From NCBI RefSeq assembly GCF_006345805.1, contig NC_043008.1:63426001-63490000 (forward strand): a stretch of 64,000 nucleotides of DNA, in the 5' to 3' direction. The notes beneath the pieces are model-generated. The model was not told the DNA's origin. It made no database searches and worked only from the letters and a program-made list of their open reading frames with translations. The translations under genes and the position numbers were made by a program. This stretch comes from Octopus sinensis. Lineage: Eukaryota. Each line of letters starts with the position of its first letter. The stretch's first letter is position 1. Below are positions 1-12,199 of the stretch, one piece after another.

Positions 1-244
1 TATATATATATATATAGCTAAATAGATAGATAGATAGATAGATAGATACATGTGTGCATGTCTGTGTGTGTGTTTGTGTCTTAGTGTGTCTATGTATGTG
101 AGTGTGTGTGTGTGTGTGTGTGTGTACATATATACATATAAATTCGAGTGATTAAATGCATATTAAATGCTATGCAAAATAAATTCTTGATTTATTGATA
201 CAAAGACACAAACATATAGATATATAGATATATACATACATACA

Positions 245-290
<46 letters not shown>

Positions 291-534
291 CAAAGAACTT
301 CCAACTCTGTCTGTTTTTTATGTTTTAGTTATATTCTTTATAATATTAATGTGGAATATAGAATATATAGTATAAATAATATATATATAGTAAAATGAAA
401 TGAAGTATTGATTGTCTTATTGAATAGATGAAATATTGAACATCAAATATTAAGGGACTAGTTTACTTTCTTGCATTTTAGCAGTCTTCAAGATCCCAGG
501 TTGTGACAGGAATGTTTTAACTGTAGCCTTGCAG

Positions 535-577
<43 letters not shown>
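1..577. repeat. Compound microsatellites (TA)n/(TAGA)n/(TG)n at 1-290 and (TA)n at 534-577
   Basis: Directly visible simple repeats. Confidence 0.95.
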
Positions 578-580
<3 letters not shown>

Positions 581-882
581 CGTGATCACCGTGACCGACC
601 AGGCTATCAGATGTTGTTACACATCGCTGGTCACAATGCGCTTCACATTGTTTTTTTAGCCTTCAAATGACGCCACACTGCTGGCTAAGCGAGCAGGCCA
701 ACAGTAGAAAGAGTGAGAGAAAGTTGTGGCGAAAGAGTACAGCAGCAATCACCCCACCCCCCTGCCAGAACCTCGTGGAGCTGTAGGTGTTTTCGCTCAA
801 TAAACACTCACAACGCCCGGTCTGGGAATCGAAACCGCGATCCTACGACTGCGAGTCCGCTGCCCTAACCACTGGGCCATTG

Positions 883-887
<5 letters not shown>
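578..887 (-). mobile_element. tRNA(Arg)-like-headed SINE, family A1 (probably octopus OR1/OR2 type)
   Basis: The - strand begins AGGCGCAATGGCCCAGTGGTTAGGGCAGCGGACTCGCAGTC...GGTTTCGATTCCC (A box, TCG at the anticodon position, B box). The same head occurs at 32915-33075, 41.4, 44.0 and 48.9 kb. Confidence 0.85.
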
Positions 888-960
<73 letters not shown>

Positions 961-1774
961 CACATATGACAGTTTGTGTGTGTATACATGTGTAGGTGAA
1001 TTCATTACTAACATTCATCAAGCTGACATTTCTACACACGGCTTGCAGATCTCTCACAAAAATTCATCTGCATTTCATTTTCTTTGCAGCTACCAGATTA
1101 AGAAGAGTATCTCAGAACATAACTCCTTGTCAAACAGTTTCTTCATATCAGTGGATGCTTGATTTGTTCTTAGTGAAATATTTTGTATAGATGCCTCATA
1201 ATGAAGATGACTTCAGTTGTACTTCATCCTGGAACAAAGCCAAATTGCTTCTCATCTCAGCTAAATGGCTTCATAATCATTCATGCTAAATCTCTCTCTA
1301 TTACATTCTTATCCTGATCTGTCAGTTTGATGGTTCAGCTGTTGATTCATTGAAGAATAGTTTTGATTTAGTTGCAGATGATTAGAATGCTGCAGCATCA
1401 GTAATTTGACAAGGCATTGCCCCTTATTACCTTATTGACTATGTGAAGGATGAGCATATGTCTGCCTTCACCAGATAATTTTTAGCCTCCCAACAACTCT
1501 GCCTGAAGGTTCTGCTGCATTCTCTTTCTCTACATCTCTAATCGCCCCCTTCACTCAAACTGCTGTCAGCTTCATCAGTTGGGTTCCTTTAATGCAAACA
1601 TTTGGTGCAGACCCCTTTCTCTCTCTCCTGTGCATTTTTCATATTCAGCAACCTTCTTTATTTTTTAGGATCAATGATGGCATGTACACTGCTTATTGTT
1701 CCTTACACATATATATACTCAATGGCAACTATATTCACACTGATAAACTATCTCTCGTCTATCACCTTCTCTTG

Positions 1775-2107
1775 TTAAAGACCCCCTTCTGTCATGAATG
1801 ACCATGGGATTGCACCTAGAAAGTTATCCTCTCAGGCACAAGTCCTGGCAAATTTGTTTATAGAAGGCCAGTGGTTGCCCATGCATACCAGCCTCCCCTC
1901 TCCACACCACTGATGTCATCCAAGGGAAAGGCAAAGGCTGATACAGCTTGGCACCAGTGACATTGCAACACATTTCTACAGCTGAGTGAACTGGAGCAAC
2001 ATGAAATAAGGCATCTTACTCAAGAACTCGACACAGCTGGGTCTGGGAATCGAACTCACAACCTCGTGATTGTGAGCCTGATGCTCTAACCAATGAGCCA
2101 TACACCT
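1775..2107 (-). mobile_element. tRNA-headed SINE with CORE-like central block, family D
   Basis: tRNA-like head (GGCTCATTGGTTAGAGCA...GAGTTCGATTCCCAGA), then CTTGAGTAAGATG...GTTGCTCCAGTTCACTCAGCTG, a block shared with 5.8, 31.4 and 35.2 kb. Confidence 0.75.
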
Positions 2108-2149
2108 TCTCAAGTTAGAATATGCACAAATTACCTACTTAACTTTTCC

Positions 2150-2500
2150 CATAGGCTCAGGAACAGGATGTTCAGGGAGTACAAGTGCATCCCCAAAAAA
2201 TAGGTGTGGGCAATGAAAACACTTCGAATAGCAAGGGATGGACCTAGGTTTGCCCTCCCTAAGCAAATTTCGTTCCCTACTTAGATGTATGATATTCTTG
2301 ATGTCTCATATCCCTTCTAGCAACTTGGAATTGTTGGGGTTTTTTCATATCTTTCTTTTCATCTAGCTTCTCCAAACATTTCTTTTAGCCTTGAAGGCTC
2401 TATTTTACTTCACAATTCCACCAGAATTTCACCTTCAATTTAGCTTCAACTTTGCTCCATCCACAAGTTTATTGTATTCCTTGCAACAGGTAATTTCATG
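2150..2500 (-). mobile_element. Degraded RTE-like LINE ORF2 fragment (endonuclease-RT linker)
   Basis: With one frameshift the - strand reads WWNCEV..RAFKAKRNVW, resembling the WWNxEV...KRxxW linker motif of RTE-clade LINEs. Confidence 0.4.
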
Positions 2501-2699
2501 GAAAAATCCCAGTTATATGCCATGATTTCGCTCACCATTTCCATACACATCTCAAGTTTAGAATAGACATACAGTTGTTTATATGCATTGTAAACAGTAG
2601 CTAAGGGGGTTGCTAACAGGAAGAGCATCTGGCCATAAAACACTGCCTTATAAAAATGTTCAAATTATGCCAGCATGATATGAGGATTAACTGTGGTTG

Positions 2700-2723
2700 T
2701 GTGTCCATGCATGGATGTGTATG

Positions 2724-2780
<57 letters not shown>

Positions 2781-2828
2781 TATAAATATATATACATATA
2801 TATATAAATATATATATATATACATACA

Positions 2829-2859
<31 letters not shown>

Positions 2860-2963
2860 GTATATATATATACATACATATATGTATATATATATATATG
2901 TGTATATATATTATATATATATATATAGACATATACATATATATATATATATATATAAATATG

Positions 2964-3000
<37 letters not shown>

Positions 3001-3113
3001 CATATATATATAAACATATATATATATATATATATAGACATAGACATATATATATTAATATGTGTATGAATCTATAAGCATACATTCAGATACCCATACA
3101 CACCACATCATGC

Positions 3114-3156
<43 letters not shown>

Positions 3157-3578
3157 AAAAAAAGATATACAAACTCATAATATATGTCTACATATAAACT
3201 CATAATCAAACACAATAACTATTGATTTTTTTTTTCCTCATTGTTATTGCGTTCAATCTCCTGGATATACAGCATCAATCTCTGTTGGCCTGACTTCTAG
3301 GTGTGTCCCTGGCTATTGTCTGTTAATTTCTTATTCTGTCTACCTCATTTATCTCACTTAGTTTTTAGGCTGTGATCATCACTGTGAAACTCCTTCAGGG
3401 CCTGAACATATATAATGCAGTGAAGCTATGTTGTTTAATCTTCTGCTTAGAACTTGCGATAGTCTTTTGAATTGTATTCACTTGTGCTCTTCTCTTTCTC
3501 TACCATTGATTCATTTGAATCTCTGCTTGAATGAAAACCGCAATAGCCTTACTCTTACAATTCTATACATCAATATAT

Positions 3579-3618
<40 letters not shown>

Positions 3619-3624
3619 ACATAT

Positions 3625-3680
<56 letters not shown>

Positions 3681-3707
3681 AACATATATATATACACACA
3701 CTCATCA

Positions 3708-3740
<33 letters not shown>

Positions 3741-3747
3741 TTATATA

Positions 3748-3782
<35 letters not shown>

Positions 3783-4067
3783 CATATATCAATCTATATA
3801 TGCATTTGAGTTAGATGTATCTAGATTTATATATCTATATATGTGTATACATATATGTGCATATATTTATACATGTGTATGCATATGTATATATATACAT
3901 ATGTATGTATAAATGTGTGTGTATATGTATATATTGTTGTTTGTGACTATATATATACATACACACCCACATACATGAACACATATATTTAGATGACTAT
4001 CTGTCTGTCTCTCTGTATGTATATATGCATGTGTGTTTATATACATACATACATATATATACATATA

Positions 4068-4103
<36 letters not shown>

Positions 4104-4120
4104 CAGAGAGAGAGAGAGCA
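2700..4120. repeat. Long interrupted (TA)n/(TACA)n arrays (2700-3150 and 3560-4120)
   Basis: Simple repeats; source of the YIYI ORFs in the track. Confidence 0.95.
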
Positions 4121-4859
4121 ATAGTGAGATACTAGTTTGATTCCTCTGCTGAATTCACTAATAATGTCTGAAATCTCTCCACTAAACATGAAACTTGCTC
4201 TTATCATTGCTACATCAGTTACATGAGATTGAAAGGATATATTCAAATAGTTTCTCTCAAGTCTATACATCTATTTTCTCTCATGTCTATATATATTTAT
4301 CTTCATTCCTATTGCTACATCCATTTTCTCTTATGTCTGTATATCCCAATCATTTCCCATGTCTATACATCCATATATTCTCATGTGCGTGTATATATAG
4401 ATACATTTTCTCATTTATATCTATATATCCCATTTTTCACATATCTTCATATCTATTTTTTTTTTCCTGTCTACATATGCATTTTCTGTCATATCTATAT
4501 GTCCATTTACTTTCCTGTCTGCATATCCATTTTCCCCGATATCTTGCACTTTTTATGTTAATATTCATCGCAAATGCATGTAATGATATCAACAAAAGTG
4601 GCTCTAATTATAGTAACGTTTCCATTCAGTATGATATTATCAGTTAAATGGAATTTTGGTTTACAGTAAGAGGAGACAAAATTGCTTTCTTTTAGATAAT
4701 TTTTATAATTGATGCAGTGAAGAAATGTTAATGTCCTGGTTTCAAACGCTTTGCAGTATTTTAGCTGTATTTCAAATCAAATTAAAAACTTGCCAGGTGA
4801 ATGCTTCATTTTAATGCTGGTAAATACATACTAGTCATATTCTTGGGTTGACCTAAGAG

Positions 4860-5350
4860 TCATCAGGTAATCAACACAGCTGAAAACGCTAGGGGTTTGC
4901 CATGTAGTCTTGTCTAACTCCTTGTGTTGATGGGGAGATTGTCAGAGTTCTTCCCATTCACCTGCACATAACTCTCGGCACTGCCATCATATTTCCAACA
5001 AAGAACTCTCTGTGCACACACATTAGTCCCCAGCCTCTCACTACATAGCTATCCATTGCATGTGCTGGTATGGACATGTCCTCTGTCTCCCACTAAATCA
5101 TCTTACCAGGGCTATACTTGCATTTGACATAGCAGTTGCAGGCTGGAAGAGCGCTCATGGTAGACCCTGCACCAAATGGCTGGACATGATTAGGGAAGAT
5201 CTCCAGAGGCTCAACATCACCTTGAAGGATGCAGAGTTACTGGCATGGAACCACCTGCGATGGAGATCACTGGTAGATCTGGTAAGCTCTACCCATTATG
5301 ACACCTCTGGGACCACTAACTTGGAATGATCCTAACCCCATTGAACAAGA
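4860..5350 (+). mobile_element. RTE-clade LINE, 3' end of ORF2 (decayed)
   Basis: ORF 5060-5329 has WYGHV...GRPCTKWLDMIREDL...AWNHLRWRSLV, the C-terminal WxGHV / GRPxxxWxD / AxxRxxWR pattern of RTE ORF2. Confidence 0.85.
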
Positions 5351-5797
5351 GCATGAAGCAAGCAAACAACTCAAGAATCTATGCATCCTTATTCCAATAT
5401 GAGAAACCACTGAATATTTCTCACAGGATTGGATTGATTTTTATCTCACCTCTTAATTGAGTCAATAACATAGAAACCAGTGAAGAAATGGTAAGATACT
5501 AGTTTGAATGTTTTGCAATGTATAACTATGTTCCATTATAATTAAGTTAAAACATGTTGGTACAGTTTCATAATTTCAGATTTGATAAAATATGTACCAG
5601 TTATGTTTTAGGGTTGATTCAGTGTTGTATAAGAAACCATTTAACTCTGCCTGAACTGATTTGTTTTTCATCTCTCTTCAGGACAATAAAATAGGAAGTA
5701 GACTTGTATTTGGAGACCATTCAGTAGAATAAACTAATAAAATATCATCCTCAAATACTAGTACAAGAAATCCTTGTTAATTATTGCTTGTGAATAA

Positions 5798-6117
5798 ATG
5801 CATGTAGCTTAGTGTTTAGGGTAATCAGCTTACAATCGTAAGGCCATGAGTCCAGTTCCTGGTGACACACTGTGTCCTTGAGCAAGGCACATAATTTCAC
5901 ATTGCTCCAGTTCACTCAGCTGCCGAAATTGAGTAGTACCTGTAGTTCAAAGGGCCAGCCTTGTCACACTCTGTGTCACACTGAATCTCACTGAGAACTA
6001 CATTAAGAGTACACATGTCTGTGGAGTGCTCAGCCATATGCACATTAATTTCATGAGCAAGGCTGTTCTGTTGATCAGATCAACTGGAACCCTGGTCGTC
6101 ATAACCAACAGGGTGCT
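5798..6117 (+). mobile_element. tRNA-headed CORE-like SINE, family D' (homolog at 35142-35680)
   Basis: Degenerate A/B boxes, then GTGTCCTTGAGCAAGGCAC...TTGCTCCAGTTCACTCAGCTG; body colinear with the 35.1 kb copy. Confidence 0.75.
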
Positions 6118-6207
6118 AGTTTTTTATTGCTTTTGAAGGTAGTTGACTATCAGGAATATTATACTTGATACATTTAATTTCGTCCTTCAGTTTTATGAGT
6201 AAAAGGG

Positions 6208-6428
6208 TTACTCTTTTACTTGTTTCAGTCATTTGACTGCAGCCATGCTGGAGCACTGCCTTTAGTCGAGCAAATCGACCCCAGGACTTAATCTTTGTAA
6301 GCATAGTACTTATTCTATCAGTATCTTTTTGCCAAACTGCTAAGTTACGGGGGGACGTAAACACACCAGCATTGGTTGTCAAGTGATGTTGGGGGGACAA
6401 ACACAGACACACACACATACATACATAA

Positions 6429-6520
<92 letters not shown>

Positions 6521-6704
6521 TAGATATATGCATATATATACGATGGGCTTCTTTCAGTTTCTGTCTACCAAATCCACTCACAAGGCTTTGGTTGGCCCGA
6601 GGCTATAGTAGAAGACACTTGCCCAAGGTGCCATGCAGTGGGTCTGAACCAGGAACCATGTGATTGGTAAGCAAACTACTTACCACACAGCCACTCCTAT
6701 GCCT
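6208..6704 (-). mobile_element. SINE family C (tRNA-like head, internal microsatellite, hairpin 3' tail; possibly octopus OK type)
   Basis: Head AGGCATAGGAGTGGCTGTGTGGTAAG, an internal (TA)n, and tail CAGTCAAATGACTGAAACAAGTAAAAGAG; more than 10 homologous copies in the window. Confidence 0.85.
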
Positions 6705-7566
6705 TTTATTTTATATCTATCTACAATGAGGGTTAACTGAGATACATATTAGCTAGGAGACATATGATTCAGGTAAGCCACTCTCCTCAACTGCTCCATT
6801 GACCCAAATATTTGGAAGAGAATTGCCGGGGATTACCCAAAATTGTAGCATTTAATCGTCAAGGGATTGTAGCAGATGAAAAATATCAGTAGTTAAGAAG
6901 CAGAGATTAGATAGTGAAGATACAAAGAACAACTCACACTTCATTATCCACCACCAACCCTCTCCTATGATAAATGCTCCCAGCTCTTCTATACCACCCT
7001 TGGCCTGAACAGTCATCTCAGGAACTGGCCCCCTTTGCACACATTAAGATGAAGAGGCTCAATCACTCACTACAGATTAACTACTTGGAGATGGATCAAT
7101 GCTGATAGCAATGGCATATACATACAAACCGGAAAAAAGAGCTCTCATCTATCATATTATGTTGACTAGTAATAGTTTCAACTTTGAAAGACCCAAGATC
7201 ACTCCTCTGGAGAATATCCATGATTATAAATATAACCAAAAGTGATATTTCTTATCATGAAAAATGGAGCGTTACAAAGGTTTACAATTTACAATACAAT
7301 GGACAGTGATTTATAACTAGCAGGAAATAATATTAACAAACAAATACAGAGTAATGTGGCATAATATAAAATGCATGGTGTCTTTCCCTTATGAGAAAAG
7401 GAAAAGCAAGGGATAATAAAACATGTGAGATTTTCCTGAAAATACTACCTGAGGAACAGAGAAAGTAGCTGAAGTATGTAGTTGGTCAGAGTGAAATTTA
7501 CAGGAACGTATGAGATTAGTATCAACGACAATAAGTATGAGTGAGGTAGTGGCGTGAAAGTAAGAG

Positions 7567-7751
7567 ACAGTCTCTATTTCCATTATTTACATTATTTACA
7601 TTTGACAGATATTTGTCCTCATCTTGTTTGTTGTTTACACATTTCAGCTGATATACCCTCCAGCCTTCATCAGGTGTCTTGGGGAAATTTTGAACCTGGG
7701 TTCTCATTCCTAAGGTATTTTTTGATGTTATTATTATTATTATTATTATTA

Positions 7752-7789
<38 letters not shown>

Positions 7790-7885
7790 TATTATTATTA
7801 TTATTATTATTATTCAGGTCATTGCCTGGAATTGAACTCGGAATCTTGGGATTAGTAGCCCACACTCTTAACCACTATGCCCGTG
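7567..7885 (-). mobile_element. tRNA-headed, hammerhead-containing short element (family H1), decayed copy
   Basis: Colinear with 62144-62422: head, (AAT)n, ...GACACCTGATGAAGGCTGGAGGGTATATCAGCTGAAATGTGT..., tail ending in GACTGT. Confidence 0.85.
7636..7678 (-). ncRNA. Degenerate minimal hammerhead ribozyme motif
   Basis: CUGAUGA core, stem II GGCUG/CAGCU and GAAA are present; the stem III/cleavage triplet is damaged. Confidence 0.6.
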
Positions 7886-7931
7886 CTCTTAACCACTATA
7901 CCCATGCTCTTAACCACTATGCCCATGCTCT

Positions 7932-7971
7932 TAACCCCAAGGTTTCGAGTTCAATTCCAGGTAGTGACCTC

Positions 7972-8006
<35 letters not shown>

Positions 8007-8080
8007 TAATAATAATAATATCAATAATAATAATAATAATAATAACAACAACATTGAAAAATACCTTTGGAATGAGAATC
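7932..8080 (+). mobile_element. Truncated family H1 copy (B box, (AAT)n, start of body), inverted relative to the 7567-7885 copy
   Basis: GAGTTCAATTCCAGGTAGTGACCTC(AAT)n...AAAAATACCTTTGGAATGAGAA matches 62197-62265. Confidence 0.8.
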
Positions 8081-8460
8081 ATATCACTTGCCTAAGGGCG
8101 TTTATACATTCATACCTATTATCGATTATTTTAAATACCTTTCTCGCTATAGTGTGTGTTCGTTTCTCTTTTTGTCATCTGTGATTATATTCTTGATCTT
8201 CTATATCAATGAAGATATTTCCTCTGTCTGGCTGTTTTTCTTTCTACAAAATGAGAAATTACATTGCAGAAGTGTTATTTTAACGAGTTGTATTCATTTA
8301 TCCCCCAACGAGATACATTTGCACTGCCGGATACTCCTGAACCAGTTGTTGAGTGTCCCACCCATGAGGAATCAATGCTAGATGTGTTGAAACAATTGGC
8401 ATGATTAATAATAAATTCCTGTATATTCCATCTTCCATCTTTGATTTGCCATATATATAC

Positions 8461-8514
<54 letters not shown>

Positions 8515-8527
8515 TATATATAGATAT

Positions 8528-8590
<63 letters not shown>

Positions 8591-8999
8591 AATATATACA
8601 TATATCTGTGTGCATATAAATATGAATAAATGGATAGATTTCTGTACTTGTGATAGTGTATAAAACTATACTGGCTTCTAATGTAGGTGTTTGAGACACC
8701 AGTGTTTAAGTAAAATTCATTGCCTGGAAATTTGCATCAGACTAGTGAGTGTGTGTGTGTCTGTGAATATAAAAATAACGATGTATTGAGCTGCATCTCT
8801 TCATACAGAAAGGTAACTTAACCCTTCGTTAGACAGAGATATATAAAACTTAAAGAATGTAGCAGACTGAATAATTTCTGGCGTCAATAAGCCTTAAACA
8901 AACAATTTGTATGTTGATAATCAAACTCGATAATCGTTATATCTTCCAACCATTAAACATTTGGTCATTTAAACAAATTATTCGTCTTTATTTTTTTAT

Positions 9000-9385
9000 C
9001 TTTTGCTTGTTTCAGTTATTGGACTGAGGCCATGCTGGGGTACAGCATTGAAGGGTATTAGTCAAACAAATCGACTCTACTACTTATTTTTAACCATGGG
9101 ACATCTTCTATGAGTCTCTTTTGTTGAACTGCTAAGTTAATAGGACATAAACAAGCCAACATAGGTTGCCAAGCAGTGGCGATGGGCAAACGCATACATG
9201 AAGATACTTAGATAAATATTTCTATACACGATGGGCTTCTTTCAGTTTCCATCTATTAAATCTACTCACAACGCTTTGGGGAGCCCAAAGCCATAATAAA
9301 AGGTGCTTGTCCAAGGAGGACACACTGGGACTGAGCCCAAAATGACACAGTTTAGAAGCAAACATTTTAACCAGACAGTCACATG
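9000..9385 (-). mobile_element. Old, degenerate family C-like SINE
   Basis: Homologous blocks (GATGGGCTTCTTTCAGTTTCC, tail hairpin region) with many substitutions. Confidence 0.65.
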
Positions 9386-9889
9386 TGTATCTTTTAGATG
9401 CTTGTGAGGCCACTGCTAACATCGTGCCACATGTGGAGCACTGCAGCTGCTGCAGCAGCCCATACAAGTTAGTCTGATCCCAAAATTTGTGCTATGACCA
9501 ATGAAAAGGTACAACCATATCATTGACACAAGGGATATGTGCAAAGTCCCCTCACCAGTTCCAGCCAAGAAGGCACTGGTGGCAAGGAGCAGTGACTCCA
9601 ATGGTTTAGAACTTGAGTGGTTGCTGAATGCCATTTCTTGTCCTGACACCTAGGTGCCCTGTGATCATAGATTCAGTTGCATGTTTAGAATTTACCGTTA
9701 TATGGCTGTAGTTCTCTCTGGTTTCTCTACCCTTTATTAAAAGTAATGCATTATATCACTTATCTTATAATTCCATGACTAGATAATCCTGGGAATTAAA
9801 GTTTCCAAGAATTATAGGCAGTGATTTATCGACTAGTCCCCTCTAGTCCCCTGCCAAAAATTTCACAGCTTGTCCTTTCAGTAGAAAGA

Positions 9890-10444
9890 ATTATTATTAT
9901 TATTGAGTGAGAGAGCAGTGCATGCCATCAAAGTGACACTGGGGTAAAATATACGAAGCCCAGTATACCTATCATGACTACCCGTCTGATAAGGGTACAC
10001 TAAGCACATGCATCACAAGCATGTGTGCACGACATGGTGATCTCATATCAAGATAAACAGTGCATGACCTTGCAGGTGGGGCCCAGTTAGAATTTTCTTC
10101 TGGTCGAGTAACCCATCCCGATCAAAAGGTCCCGGAATAAGGGTTGTTTAAGGATGTTAAACGAAACACCCATATTTCCAGAGGTGAATTATTCAAGCCT
10201 CAAAGAATTCCTTTCAACACATGGCTATGATGCTCCCCCACTACTTCTACTCATGATCAGAGATGCACATATCACCAGCCACTGAGGGACATGCTCAACT
10301 GATTAAGGTCAAACAACTGACAAGCAAATCTGTGGTATTGAGCAGAATATATGCTGTAGCCCATCTTTTATACCAAGACAAATCAATGTACATGATAACA
10401 CTTCCAATCAGTTAAGATCGGAAGCCATGAGAGCCATTGCCTGG
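9890..10444 (-). mobile_element. Family E dispersed repeat with (AAT)n tail (homolog at 25063-25530 on +)
   Basis: About 430 bp align with the reverse complement of 25063-25494; both copies are flanked by (AAT/ATT)n. Confidence 0.8.
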
Positions 10445-10484
10445 AATTATTATTATCATTATTATTATCATTATTACTATCATT

Positions 10485-10715
10485 ATTTAGGTGTTGAACT
10501 TGTAGAATCATTAGCATGCTGAGCACACTGCTTGGTGATGTTTCTTCCATCTTTATGTTCTGAGTTCAAATTCTGCTGTGGTTGACTTTACATTTCGACC
10601 TTTTAGGGTCAAGGAAGTAAGTACCAGTTACACACTGGGGTCAATGTAATCGACTAGTCCCCTCCCCACAAATTTCAAGCTTCCTTTTGCCTATAGTGGA
10701 AAGGATTATTGTTAT
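10485..10715 (+). mobile_element. Family B variant SINE (Nin/Deu-like domain)
   Basis: GTTGACTTTACATTTCGACCTTTTAGGGTC...AAGTACCAGTTACACACTGGGGTCAATGTAATCGAC is homologous to family B. Confidence 0.65.
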
Positions 10716-11389
10716 CAATATTATGGCATTATATTACATATCTACTAGGGATGATTCTGTAATACTTTAAGTACTACAAATACAACAGGAAAAGCTTCTT
10801 TGGAGATAAATTTTGTCTAAAATACTTTAAACAGTAGAAACGAGTAACCTCTCGCACGTGTGCTAAATTATATCTGTGAACCATTCAAACAGACAGCATT
10901 GACTTTTGTTTGATATGGTGGTTAACTTAAAACCTGGTCAATAGTGACCTGTCACCATTTATGATAACCACAGAATCTTGTAATCTTTTGGGTCAAGCTT
11001 CGACATCAAAGGACATATAGCTTTTAACTTGTGTAAAACGTCGGTGGTTATCATTATGATAGGATCTGAAGCGGTGTTGGGGTGGAAAGACTAACAGAGC
11101 AATAGTGTTTTACTGACTATAGTTTGCTAACATAATGAAGGCTGCTTCGTTTGTGAAGAAATGTTTGATGTTGGATTGATGATCTGGGATGGTGATAGGA
11201 ATTACAGAATAATTTCAACTGTGGTAGGTTCAGTGATTCAATACAAAAGTTGAATGCCTGCTCACATCATACTTTTATTCTTTAATTTAATTCTTATATA
11301 TATTCAAAAATATATTCATGGTTTATTTCTATGTTTCAGTATAGATGTGTGTTTGTGTGTTCTTTGTCAATGCATAACTGTTTCTAAAT

Positions 11390-11600
11390 TTAACCCTTTA
11401 GCATTTAAGCAAGCCATGTCTAACTAAAATATTCTACCTGTTTTATGTTCAAACTGGCCAGATTTGGCCTCTCACACTTATGCAGCAATGTCATTCTAAA
11501 AATAAACAACCACATCGTTGAAATCTCAAAGTTATGAGATAAGCCATGATTAAGTCAATAATTTTTAGTCGAATGTATCGACTCCAATATTTTTTTTAAT
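11390..11600 (+). mobile_element. Possible piggyBac-type MITE end (TTAA|CCCTTT); similar ends at 39606 (-) and 51836 (+)
   Basis: TTAACCCTTTAG/TTAACCCTTTC termini; the 39420-39606 and 51836-51950 segments resemble each other. No paired end was found. Confidence 0.35.
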
Positions 11601-12199
11601 GATTTTTAACAAGAACATAGTTAAGCCTAAAAGGTATTTCCACATGCAAGAGATAACAGCCAAATCTTTAAACATAATATTTATATAATTCCAAATAAAC
11701 AAAAACGGAAACCGTGGTTGTAAAAAAAAGACTAAACATTTTCATACTTTAACTATGGGGAGTTTGTTTGATGATCTTTTTTCTTAGGGGGCTTTTTGTA
11801 TTACACTCACTGAACAGAACTCTAAAAACTGTACTGTTTATGAAATTTGATTATGTCTCTATCATGTGGAAATAGTAGGTAGAACAGATGGATTAATCCA
11901 CCAGGATTATGGTGGAGTAATGCCAATGGGTTGATGGAAGGTCGGTCGTGATCCGACAGCTCATGAGCAATGTGCAGACTCTGGAGTTCGAGTAGTACCG
12001 GTGAGCGGACAAGCATCTAGCACTATCTCTTAAACGGACTTAATGTATTATTTTATTATGTCGTACAAGAACTGTACGACACAAGTCTCAAAAAAATTCA
12101 GAAAATGAAATAAAATCAGGTTACATTTTAATACAACTGCGAACTACAGTAATGCAAGGCAAAAAATTTAAGAAAATTGTCCCTGTCTATACTTGATTT

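Noticed and set aside
1000-1200. Possible LINE RT remnant on the - strand (ILF..LVAA...DLQAVCRNVSLMNV..EFTY)
   Set aside because: The YADD motif is absent and the similarity is too weak to support by eye.
7865-7936. 21-bp tandem repeats and the 98-bp units at 27.4 kb as CRISPR-like arrays
   Set aside because: There are no unique spacers and the context is eukaryotic; both are explained as local duplications.
12059-12082. Hairpin TGTCGTACA-AGAAC-TGTACGACA, a possible Helitron 3' end
   Set aside because: No CTRR terminus follows on either strand.
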